From assembly GCF_006345805.1 (NCBI RefSeq), contig NC_043001.1, forward strand, positions 1,798,001 to 1,862,000: a stretch of 64,000 nucleotides of DNA, in the 5' to 3' direction. Below the pieces are notes generated by a model. It worked only from the letters and a program-made list of their open reading frames with translations, had not been told where the DNA came from and did no database searches. The position numbers were made by a program, and so were the translations under genes. The DNA is from Octopus sinensis (lineage: Eukaryota). Of this stretch, positions 12,178 through 23,347 are shown piece after piece (within the stretch, counting starts at the first letter, position 1; every line of letters begins with the position of its first letter).

Positions 12178-13480
12178 ACACACACATGTATATATATACA
12201 TATATGTATGTATATATATATATATGTATTTTACGTGCCACCAGCACAGAAGCCAGTCGAGGTGGCGCTGGCATCGGCCAAGTTCGGATGGTGCTTTTTA
12301 CGTGCCACCAGCACAGGGATCACAACTGCAGTTTCCATTGATTTTGATGTTGGTGTACTTGACTCAATGGATCTCCTCAAGCACAGGGTTAAATTGGTGT
12401 TTCTTCACTTGCCACCTGCACAGGAGTCAGTCCAGCGGTCCTGGCAACTGTCGGGGGCCAGTCATAGGATTGGTTCAATTTCGATTTCACTTGCCCCAAC
12501 AGGTCTTCACAAGTAGAGTTTAGTATCCAATGAAGGGAGGTTGGCATGGGTGATGTCGTCAGATGAGGTTCGGTTTCGACTTTGCTTGCCTCAACAGGTC
12601 TTCGTGTGTCCAAGGGAGGAAAGGCATGCATAAGTGGGCTGGACTCACTTGTCCTGCCGGGTCTTCTCACGCACAGCATATTTCCAAAGGTCTCGGTCAC
12701 TAGTCATTGCCTCGGTGAGGCCTAAAGTTCGAAGGTTGTGCTTCACCACCTCGTCCCAGGTTTTCCTGGGTCTACCTCTTCCACGGGTTCCCTCAACTGC
12801 TAGGGATTGGCACTTTTTCACACACCTATCTTCATCCATTCTCACCACCTGACCATACCAGCGCAATCGTCTCTCTTGCACACCACACCTGATGCTTCTT
12901 AGGTCCAACATTTCTCTCAAGGTACTTACACTCTGTCGAGTATGAACACTAACATTACACATCCATCGGAGCATACTGGCTTCATTTCTTGTGAGCTTAC
13001 GCATGTCCTCAGCAGTCATGGCCCATGTTTCACTGCCATGTAGCATGGCTGCTTGTACACATGCGTCATACAGTCTGCCTTTTACTCTCAGCGAGAGGCC
13101 TTTTGTCACCAGCAGAGGTAAGAGCTCTCTGAACTTTGCCCAGGCTATTCTTACCCTAGCAGTTACGCTTTCAGCACACCCACCCCCGCTACTGACTTGG
13201 TCACCTAGGTAATGGAAGCTATCAACTACTTCTAGTTTTTTCCTCCTGGAAAGTGACAGAATTTGTTTTCTGCAGATTTTCAGTGTTTATTGCTCCTGAG
13301 CATCTGCCACATACAAAAACTATCTTCCCAGTTAGCCTTCCTTTGACATTGCTGCACCTCTTATGTGTCCATAGCTTACACTGGGTACATCTTATAGAGT
13401 TTCTACCTACGCCTTTTCTACAAATCTAGCAGGGCCATCTACCTGAAGGCATTTGTGGTTTGTCTACCTTCCTACTTATT

Positions 13481-13482
<2 letters not shown>
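11865..13482 (-). mobile_element. 5'-truncated RTE-clade LINE (PHD-like finger, RT thumb, C-terminus, long 3' UTR, (GAT)n tail); 3' UTR interrupted at ~12100-12228
   Basis: ORF 12645-13109 KGRLYDACV..MLHGSETW..MLRWMC..RRLRWYGQVVRM..GRGRPRKTW, typical of the RTE C-terminus; upstream LEVVDSFHYLG. Confidence 0.92.
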
Positions 13483-13547
<65 letters not shown>

Positions 13548-13580
13548 AATATATAAATGTGTATATATATATATATATAT

Positions 13581-14004
13581 CATCATCATCATCATCATCA
13601 TCATCGTTTAGCATCCGTTTTCCATGCTAGCATGGGTTGGACGGTTCTACTGGGGTCTGTGAAGCCAGAAGGCTTCATCAGGCCCAGTCAAATCTGGCAG
13701 TGTTTCTACGGCTGGATGCCCTTCCTAACGCCAACCACTCCGTGAGTGTAGTGGGTGCTTTTTACGTGCCACCCGCACAGGTGCCAGACAGAGCTGGCAA
13801 ACGGCCACGAACGGATGGTGCTTTTTATGTGCCACCGGCACAAGGGCCAGGCGAGGTTGGCAACGGACACGAAACGGGGCGGTGCTGGCAACGGTCACGA
13901 AACGGAAGGTTCTCTTACATGCCACCGGCACTGGTAACACATCTGCAATTTCCATTGATCGATTTCCATTTCTGATCCTCACTTGCCTCAACGGGCCTTC
14001 ACAA
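13581..14004 (-). mobile_element. RTE 3' UTR/tail fragment (young, CpGs retained)
   Basis: (cat)n tail, ccatgctagcatgg palindrome, tandem gtgccaccggcac units. Confidence 0.88.
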
Positions 14005-14209
14005 GTATATAGATATAGATATAGATATATACATATATATATAAATGTATATATATATATATATATACACACACACATATATATATACATATATGTATGT
14101 ATATATATGTATGTACATACAAGCATACATACACATTTTTTCATGTCTAAGTACATGGATGCAAAACCGGGTGAAGAAAATAGCATGCAAATACAAAAAG
14201 TAGAGAAAA

Positions 14210-14380
14210 CATGTTTTGTTGAAGCTGGAAAACTTCACAAGCTGTTACTCAGAGTTTCAATTTTTTTATGGTTTGCAAATGACAGTATTTTCTAGAAACT
14301 CACTTCTGTCTGATAAATAGGTATGCAAAACTCTGAGTAATGGTTTGTGAATCTTTTCAGCTTCAGTAAAACCAAACATA
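14210..14380. repeat. Inverted repeat / small MITE
   Basis: tgaagctggaaaacttcacaagctgttactcagagttt versus RC of right arm tgaagctgaaaagattcacaaaccattactcagagttt. Confidence 0.7.
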
Positions 14381-14471
14381 CACACACACACATACAGGTA
14401 CAAATATATTTCCAGGTAAGTTATATGTTTCACATATTTTGTTACCCTATGAGTTGATTATCTGCATATAC

Positions 14472-14748
14472 GTCGGCTGCGGGGGTTACTCCGAAAAGCT
14501 CTATCTGCGACCATTTCATCTCAATCGAAGGAGAGGGGCTTTCTCCGTCCGGGTTGCAGATCCGTGGAATAAGCTGCCGGACGAGATAGTGAAGATGCTG
14601 ACGACTGCTCGGTTCAAAGTCTCCCTTGACCACAAGTGGCCTGAACTCTTTACATGAACACCACCCAGTACATAACTCCATGTCCCCCTACATGGCCTTG
14701 CTTTTTGCTTTTTGAGCCAAAAAATCAACTAACTAACTAACTAACTAA
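14472..14748 (+). mobile_element. Short CR1 3' fragment with (AACT)n tail and 7-bp TSD
   Basis: Closely similar to 16760-17030; catatac at 14465-14471 and 14749-14755. Confidence 0.88.
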
Positions 14749-14776
14749 CATATACAGTTTGCAGTATGTATGTATG

Positions 14777-14890
14777 TCATTGTTCAGTTTTATTTCAAGA
14801 TTTCTTGCCAATAGAGAAAGAGCTGGTTTCTAACCTAGATCCAATGCTCCTTCATTGGAATTTGAACATGAACAACAAGTTATTTTTGTT
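14777..14890 (-). mobile_element. Probable 3' terminus of a (CATA)n-associated R4-like family
   Basis: Resembles termini at 55737-55810 and 56743-56815 (tt.(a/t)gtttt..ggtttc.aac..agat.caa); tatg repeats on both sides. Confidence 0.45.
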
Positions 14891-15269
14891 TGTATGTATA
14901 CACACACACATTATATACAACAGATGCAGATTTAGATTAAAATAGCACCCTGTATATTATACTTAAAACAACCATAGCATTCGTTTGAAGACATCTCTTA
15001 TAGACCTATTGTTTAAAACCACAAATACATCAGGCACAGAATGTAGTAATAAGAATGCTAGTCAGACATTTCTACTTCAATGGGTTTTGTCTATTGTAGT
15101 ATGCTTCTGCCAAACACTTGCTAAGAAAAATATCTGCCGATCCTGATAAAGGATAACAGTGCTCCAAAGATCACGGCCTTTGCAATTAGCTGCCTGGCTC
15201 AATACAAATCTGGATACACACAGAAGAAGCAGCATCAGATTGAAAATAATGATCTGTCTATTCTTTTCC

Positions 15270-15660
15270 ACTCTTTCAACCTTTCACTATGTTTCAGTAA
15301 TTAGGCTGTGGCCATGCTGGGGTACTGCCTTGCAGATTTTTTGCTGAACAAATCAATCCCAGAGATTATATTTTTTCAAGCCTGGTACTTATTCTATCGG
15401 TTTCGTTTGCCAAACAAGTTATGGTGACATAAACACACCGACAGTGGTTGTCAGGTGGCGGGGTGGGGGGAATGCAGAAATAAAGAAACACACACACACA
15501 TACATGTGACAAAATTCTTTCTGTTTCCGTCTGCCAAATTTACTCACAATACTTTGGCCAGCCTGACACTATAGTAGAAGACATTTGCTCAAGGTGCCAC
15601 GCAGTGGGGCTGAGCCCAGAACCATGTTGGTGGGAAGTAAACTTCATTCAGTACAACCAC
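15270..15660 (-). mobile_element. CORE-like tRNA SINE, decayed
   Basis: Homologous along its length to 37459-37872. Confidence 0.8.
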
Positions 15661-15699
15661 GTAAATATATTGTAAAAAGCGGCATCCTCTTATTTCTCA

Positions 15700-15860
15700 T
15701 CTGTATGGCTGTATTACCAGGCTGTTCTCTACTCCCTCATTGCAATATGCTTGCATTAAGTACGACATTAGAGTTTTGAAAAGTTTATAAACTCATCAAC
15801 CACTCTAACGTCAAGGTCAGTTACTCCTGCAATACATAACATCACTTCAAGCATTCCGTG
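15700..15860 (+). pseudogene. Penelope-like element linker fragment (5' part, split by CR1 insertion)
   Basis: YKLINHSNVKVSYSC, matching the PLE KIFNRNTVKVSYSC motif. Confidence 0.6.
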
Positions 15861-15864
15861 TTAC

Positions 15865-17031
15865 AGCAAATGTTGACATCGTTTTATTGGACTTTGCCAA
15901 AGCTTTGGACTCGGTTAACCTATTACTTGTCAAGCTTCAAGCATATAGTTTCCATCCGGATATTGTACGATGGGTTGGTGTTTTCCTCTCAGATCACTCC
16001 TTCCAAGTCCAAGTTAATGGTTCGCTGTCCAACGTCTCCAGTGCGAGCAGTGGTGTGCCTCAAGGTTCAGTGCTTGGGCCGTTATTGTTTTTAGTCTTCA
16101 TAAATGACTTGCCCGACGACCTCACACAACACACCCTTCTATTTGCCGACGATGTCAAACTGGTCGCTCCTCGCAGTGATATAGAGGATCTTCGTCGATG
16201 TCTCCACCAAATTTGGAGATGGTCTAATGAATGGGACCTGTGTCTGAACGTGTCAAAGTGCTGTCATCTGCCTGTTGGCTCCTCTCCTGCAGCTCAACTT
16301 GATTTTGAGCCGGGTGGTCTGCTGCTGGAGAGGACCGACCAGGTAAAGGACCTGGGTATCTTGGTGGATTCCTCCTTTTCGCCTTTGGCTCAGTGTGTCC
16401 ATGCTGCCAACAAAGCACACGGAATTCTGTTCTTGATTCGATGGTCATTCGGAATGCTCACAGCAGCCATATTCCTACCGCTCTATGTCACGCTGGTGAG
16501 ACCCATATTGGAGTACGGGATTCAAGCCTCTTCTCCTTATCTCCTCAAAGACATACATCATCTCGAAAGAGTCCAGAAGCTGGCTACCTGCATGGTTCTT
16601 GGTTTCAAGAATTTGTCTTATGAAGAAAGGCTGAAGACACTCAATCTTTATTCTCTAGAAAAGCGATGACGCTGTGCTGATCTCATTCTTGCTCACAACA
16701 TCATAAGCAGAAAGTGTAACCTCTCGAAAGAACTGTTCTTCACTCCTGCTCCAGAGTCTCGACTGCGGGGTCACTCCGAAAAGCTCTATCTGCGACCATT
16801 TCATCTCAATCGAAGGAAAGGGGCTTTCTCCGTCCGGGTTGCGGATCCGTGGAATAAGCTGCTGGACGAGATAGTGAAGATGCCAATGACCGCTCGGTTC
16901 AAAGACTCTCTGGACCAGAAATGGCCTGAACTCTTTGCATGAACACCCTCCCTGTACATAACTCCATGTCCCCCTACATGGCCTTGATTTTGCTTTTGGA
17001 GCCAAAAAATTAACTTAACTTAACTTAACTA
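15865..17031 (+). mobile_element. 5'-truncated CR1-clade LINE, reverse transcriptase
   Basis: DFAKALDSV..SGVPQGSVLGPLLFLVFINDL..LFADDVKL..KDLGILVD..LVRPILEY..LERVQ..SYEERL..LRGHSEKL; (AACTT)n tail; premature stop at 16667-16669. Confidence 0.95.
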
Positions 17032-18005
17032 ATTACATACCTACTATGTCTCTAATCCACGCCCCGACTTGTAACAGCCAAAATCTTACCAACTGCCCTC
17101 TGCTGGAAGGATCCTAACTCTCTAAGGCAGTACTCTATATGGTCATCCATTCTCTATACATTAGTATCACAAGGCTCTACACAGACATGACAGCCAATAA
17201 TCTTAAAAGAAGGTAAACACAGCACATGGATACCTTCAGATGCTGGGATGGGAAAAGTTTTGCTTCCCTTTCTCATTACATCTGGAGACTCCATGACCAT
17301 ATCAGAACCACTTCCCTTACAACAAAAAGAGCATCGTTGCTAGTTTCCCCCTTACTCAGCAGGAGCTCACAATTCCCACCTCTGTTTCTGTGAGAGACTA
17401 CACATACTCCACCAGTGTCCAGCGTTAATGAATGAGAAGGATAAAGTACTTTATTGTTGCCTCCAAACATACAACTTGTTAATGAACTTAAAGGCTCTGC
17501 CAGTTGATAACCCAGATATATAACCCTAGACTTAGCTGTCCACACACACATGGCTAGGTCATTATATCCTTGCTGCCCAACCACAATAGTAACAATGCAA
17601 CACCATCAAATTTATTTAGCCCCACATAAAGCCTGATGCTGCTAATGAGTTCATGCTCCCCTAACAATGACTGTGCCACTGAGCCACACCAACATCCCAC
17701 CTGACCAAGCGTGGCACTCGTTACTTGGAACTGATGTTACTGAATACACCATGCCGCAGCCTGCCACCAAAGTGATGTCAGTGCCCTGCCAACATCTTGT
17801 ACAAGTATGGGGGCCTAAAAATGAAAAAAAAATGAAGAAAAAAACTGGGGTCACTTTGACAGTTTTAATATCATTTGATTTGTGCTGACCAACAGAAGCC
17901 TAAACACCTAGCAACCATCTTGAATGTCTTTCAAAAGCCCCATTCTGTCCTCAGCATCTGATGAGATGGATGTGTTCTGTGTGTCCAAGTCACGTGCAGC
18001 TGAGT
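17032..18005 (+). pseudogene. Penelope-like GIY-YIG C-terminal fragment and 3' region with hammerhead-like relic
   Basis: CNS.NLTNCPL..QHMDTFR..SLSHYIWRL..PYSAG..HLCFCERLHIL..LMNEKDK, the order expected for a PLE C-terminus. Confidence 0.6.
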
Positions 18006-18601
18006 CAAGCTGTTAGTAAATATACACACACACACGCACTCACACATACATGCACACACACGTATGTTATTTAAAAATCTATAGAAATATTCAAATATAA
18101 TGATGTGGAATGATTTGATGCCAGGGGGGTGAAAATGCCATTTTCATGTACTTTGCATGCAAGCGTTTGTGTGTAGAATAATTTTTGCTTTGTTACTACA
18201 GTACAAAAGAACTTTTAAAAATATATCACCCATGCGTTTTTCTTATTCTTCCTATTCACACTTTAACTCTCTCTTCTGCATATACATATACATATACACA
18301 CATATTCCAACATATACACATATTTATACATTTGCATTCATGCAGCCATTTACACAGACTCCCACTCGATAAGGAAAACCTATTCGAATGTAAGACTGAT
18401 AGAAAGATGTATCTAGAAAATAAAATTGAAGAATGATATTAAGGTGATGGATGAATGGATTGAGTTGGATGACTAAAGAATAAAGAGTAAGCGGAAGTAG
18501 ATGAGGAATGGGAAAAGACAAAAAAAATATCTCCTTTGTATGCATGATTGATATACTTACTTATACGCATACATATCTATGCATTATATACATATGTATA
18601 C

Positions 18602-18633
<32 letters not shown>

Positions 18634-18656
18634 TATATATATATGTATATATATAT

Positions 18657-18691
<35 letters not shown>

Positions 18692-18723
18692 TTATGTATG
18701 TATATGTGTATATATAAATATGA

Positions 18724-18754
<31 letters not shown>

Positions 18755-18985
18755 TACATCTCTATATAAGATACATGCATGCATATATATGTAAATATAT
18801 ATATATATATTTATATATGTATCTATATATATATATATATATTTATATATGTATACATAAATATGAATATATATATATAGTTCATATTTGTATTTGGTTT
18901 GCAAGATTCAATAGTATATATATATATATATATATGCATCATTTATATGTTTATCTTATATGTGTGTGTGTCTGTACATACACAT

Positions 18986-19023
<38 letters not shown>

Positions 19024-20754
19024 CCATACGTATCTCCATTTCAAAACTCATTAAATTCTAACCGCAGGATACTGGCACGGTGATATCTTTGTATTGTTAT
19101 CATGTTTTCTTTGTGTCTAACTTTTCCATTTTCCTTATGCATTTCAGTTATTTATTTGGATTGCAAATTCCACATTACTTATCTAAAACCTGTTGGCGTA
19201 TCATATATTAAGGATTTCTTACTTTGGCAGAGACCTACAGAATTGTTGGGGCAGAGGCGTTATCAGTTCAACAACTTGCTGTACCTGATGGGTGCTTATA
19301 ACCACATCCAGAGATTGCAAGAAATTAGAATATAATCTGATAAAATTTCAACTCAGAATATGTAAGTGTGTGGGTGTGGGGGGGGGGAAGAAGTTCTACG
19401 TGGTTTTGGGTTCGGTCCCAGCATGTGAAAACTTGCACAAGTGTCTTCTACAATAGACTTGGACCAACCAACCAATGGCGGTGAGCGAAATTGGAAAATG
19501 AAACCCTGTAAAGATGCCTTTCATGTATGTGTGGGTGAGAGTATGTGTGTGTGTGTGTGCATGCACATGTGTGTGTGTGTGAGTTCATAGTGAAAGAGAA
19601 AGAGAGAGAGAGGTAGAGAGGTGTTTTCATGTCCTGGTCATGATAACAAGAAAGGAATGAATGTTAGAACTAGAGTAGATGTAATTAGATAACCTTCTCC
19701 TCCTCCTCCTCCCCTCCTCCTCTCCAACCATTTCCTCCCCCCCTCTTCCCCTTCCCTCTTCCCCTTCCCTCTTCTCAACATCATTTAAAGTCCAAGTTCC
19801 GTATCCGTAGCACGACACCTTTACTCCATGACCATGGTGTGTTTCCACCAAAGTGTTTTGGGTTAAGTTTCAGAATTTTGGTCGGAGCAGTAGAGAAAGA
19901 AGAAGAAAGAGGAAGGAAAGAAGCGAACAGGACGAATGAATGGGCGAGGTGGGGAAGGGGGAAGAAGAGAGGGGATGAAAGATGAATGAGAGAAAGTGAA
20001 GAGGAAAGTGTCAGGGGAGAGAGAGAGAGAGAGCATTAGAGAGGGAGAATATTTGGTTAAAGAATGAAAACAAGGAAGGAAGGTGAGAGAGAGAGAAGAG
20101 AGAAAAGAGAGAAAGAGAGATCCATTCAAAATGTTGAAGAGTGTCGGGACTTTAGAGGACAAGAAGGGAGGTTGGGGAAAGAAAGTACAAATTTTGGCCT
20201 TTGACCTCATAGTAAATAAAGCAGTAAGGGAGTATTAGTGATGGAGGCGGTGGTGGTGATGCTGGTAAGCAAAATAAAATGATCAGTTTATTGGGAGTCC
20301 AAAGAAATGAAGAAGCAAGATGAGCAAAAGTAAGAATAATGGTCTGGCATGTTGTGAGAAGCTGGTTGTTCGGCAGACAAGGACAAGTCCTTGTAAAATA
20401 GCATTAGTCTTTCTTATTTGCAACAACTCTCAGTTATGATTAGCAGAGGTTTTTTTTGGAATTTGTACAAAGCTGTTACTCTGTCGTCCTGTCTTTTGAG
20501 ATGTAAGCTGTTGGTAGCAACTTTTCCACAACATATAAGCACCATTAACTGCAATGATCCTGAGAAATGGGTTTTGAACTGCACAAGGTTTGTTCTGCAG
20601 GAAGCATTCATCCGGCATAAAAAGGCAGACTCCAGGAAGTCTACTTGTTAAATGTTGGTTCTTCCTTCTTCCTGGCTTTGCTTGGTGTCATCAATTTCTG
20701 TAGCACTCAAGCCTCTGCGTAGCTGTTTTCTATTGTGTGTGTGTGTGAGACTGT

Positions 20755-21188
20755 AAGCATGGCCTATGCCAGTCCAGCATAACCAGCCCATTTAAGGGCA
20801 CTCTTCATTCATTGGGTAATAAACTGTGCTTGCAAAGACTGTTGAGGCAAGTAAAGTTGTGCCGGTGGCACATAAAAAAAAACAATTCAAGCTTGGTCGT
20901 TGCCAGTGCCGCCCGACTGATCCCCATGCCGGTGGCACATAAAAAGCACCATTCAAGTGTCACTGATGCCAGTACCACCTGATTGGCCCTCGTGCTGATG
21001 GTACATAAAAGCACCCACTACATTCTCAGAGTGGTTGGTGTTATGAAGGACATCCAGCTATAGAAACTTTGCCAGATTTGAATGTAGCCTGGTGCAGCCT
21101 TCTGCCTTGCCAGTCCTCAGTCAAACCGTCCAACTCATGCCAGCATGGAAAACAGATGTTAAACGACAACGACAATGATGATGATGAT
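20755..21188 (+). mobile_element. RTE 3' UTR/tail fragment
   Basis: Ends catgccagcatggaaaacagatgttaaacgac..gatgatgat. Confidence 0.85.
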
Positions 21189-21247
21189 ATATATATATAT
21201 TATATAATATCTATCTATTTATATATATATTATATACATATATTATA

Positions 21248-21284
<37 letters not shown>

Positions 21285-21675
21285 ATATATATTATTATAT
21301 ATTATATATTATAGTACAATTTACTAGACCTTCAGATTTTAATATGTTAGACCACTGGTGTTAAATTGATGTTAATTTAATTTAATTAATATCCAATTTC
21401 TCACCGTCATTTTAAATAAAAATACATATGTATATATATACACATATGAATATATGTGTATATATTTATGCTCCTGTCTCACTCTTTGTATTCTTTTTCT
21501 TTTCTTCCCCCCTCTCTCTCTTTACTCTTTCGTTCTCTATGCTCTTTCTCTTTTCCCCTCCTTCTCGCTCTTCCTGTGTTAGTGTACGTGTGTCTATATA
21601 TGATTATGATGATATACATATATGTATGATATATATATATATATATATTATATACATATATTATATATATATATA

Positions 21676-21929
21676 TGTGCCGGTGGCACATTAAAAGCAC
21701 CAACCGATCGTGGCCGATGCCAGACTCCCCTGGCACCTGTGCCGGTGGCACGTAAAAAGCACCCACTACACTCGCGGAGTGGTTGACATTAGGAAGGGCA
21801 TCAAGCTGTAGAAACACTGCCAGATCTGGCTGGAGCCTGGTGCAGCCCCTGGCTTCCCAGACCCTGGTCGAACTGTCCAATCCGTGCTAGCGTGGAAAAT
21901 GGACGTTAAACGATGATGATGATGATGAT
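21676..21929 (+). mobile_element. RTE 3' UTR/tail fragment
   Basis: gtgccggtggcac units; ends ggacgttaaacgatgatgatgat. Confidence 0.88.
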
Positions 21930-22056
21930 ATATATATATTATATATTATAATACAGTTTACTGAACCTTCAAATTTTAATATGTTAGACCACTGGTGTTA
22001 AATTGATGTTAATTTAATTAAATTAATATCCAATTTCTCATTTTCATACATATACA

Positions 22057-22100
<44 letters not shown>

Positions 22101-22396
22101 TAAAACAAGAGGTAGAAGGGATTCATAAATCCAGGCAGATATCTTGAAGGCACTCAGCATTGAGTGAATTTGGTTAACTACATGAAACAATTGGATACCA
22201 GAATTGACATCCACGGTAATTGCCTGTGTATGATCTATAAATCCAAATAGCAGTCCGAAGAATTTCAAGAATCCAGTGTATGGAACACCATGAACTGGAA
22301 TGGAGAAAAACCACATCTTTAATTCATGATTATACCACACATTACCGACAGCCTATATATAGAACTCTACTATCTCCATCTATTTAACTCTCATAT

Positions 22397-22446
22397 CGTC
22401 TCTGATGAATGGATATCCTTCATATCCTTGAAACAGCTGTAAGGTT
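22397..22446 (+). ncRNA. Minimal type I hammerhead ribozyme motif in a probable PLE terminal repeat (22100-22510)
   Basis: GUCU-CUGAUGA-AU-GGAUAU(CCUUC)AUAUCC-UU-GAAAC-AGCU-GUA-AGGU: core intact, palindromic stem III ACAGCUGU, GUA cleavage triplet. Confidence 0.75.
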
Positions 22447-22564
22447 ACCTTTCTCTTTATAAATGTCCTAGAAATTTTGAACTGCCTTGGCTTTACTGTC
22501 TTATTTTATTTAACACACACACACATATATATACATACATGTATGTATGTATATATCTATATCT

Positions 22565-22595
<31 letters not shown>

Positions 22596-23009
22596 TATAT
22601 ATATTATCCATCGTAAATATTGGGTGGATTTCCACCATTTTACAATGAAGATTCAGTTGTTTAATTAAACTGAATTAATGTAAAGTGGCTGAGTACATCA
22701 CACACATATGTATGTTTTCCAACAATGCTGTACCTTTTAAAATTGCAGCCAATAGTTTGCAACTACTCAATTTCCCTCCCAAGGTTTGGTTTGAGGCTAG
22801 AGGAGTAGCCTTGGCCCAAAATGCTTTGCAGAAAGATCAAAGCTGTCACCTCTACTTCTAAAGTGAACTCCACAACCATTTAGCCAGACAGAGCCTACAC
22901 ATATACATGTGTGCATGCATGCTCCCACACTCATGCTTGTACACACATTAATGAACAGGATTTAACATGTATAGGGATAAGTTCATACACATTTGCATAC
23001 ATACATGGA

Positions 23010-23347
23010 AGGAAGGCCCCCTTTGGTCATGAATGCCCATGGGATTGCACCTAGAAAGTGCCCTTCCGAGGCACAAGTTCAAGCAAGGTCGTTTATGAAA
23101 GACCAGTGGTTGTCCATGCATACCACCCTCTTCTCTCTCCATGCCACCGATGCTATCCAAGGGAAAGGCAGAGGGGCCGATACAGCTTGGCACCAGTGAT
23201 GCTGCAACTCATTTCTACAGCTGAGTGAACTGGAGCAACGTGAAATAAAGTGTCTTGCTCAAGAACACAACACACAGCCTGGTCCAGGAATTGAACTCAC
23301 TACCTCATGATTGTGAGCCCAATGTTCTAACCCCAAGCCATACACCT
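23010..23347 (-). mobile_element. tRNA-derived SINE with Meta-like core
   Basis: RC: tggcttggggttag..gagttcaattcc..ttgagcaagacactttatttcacgttgctccagttcactcagctgtagaaatgagt. Confidence 0.8.

Noticed and set aside
15887-16669. Intact or domesticated reverse transcriptase gene
   Set aside because: 5'-truncated, small deletion near the FDSV motif, premature stop and CR1 tail: an ordinary dead LINE copy.
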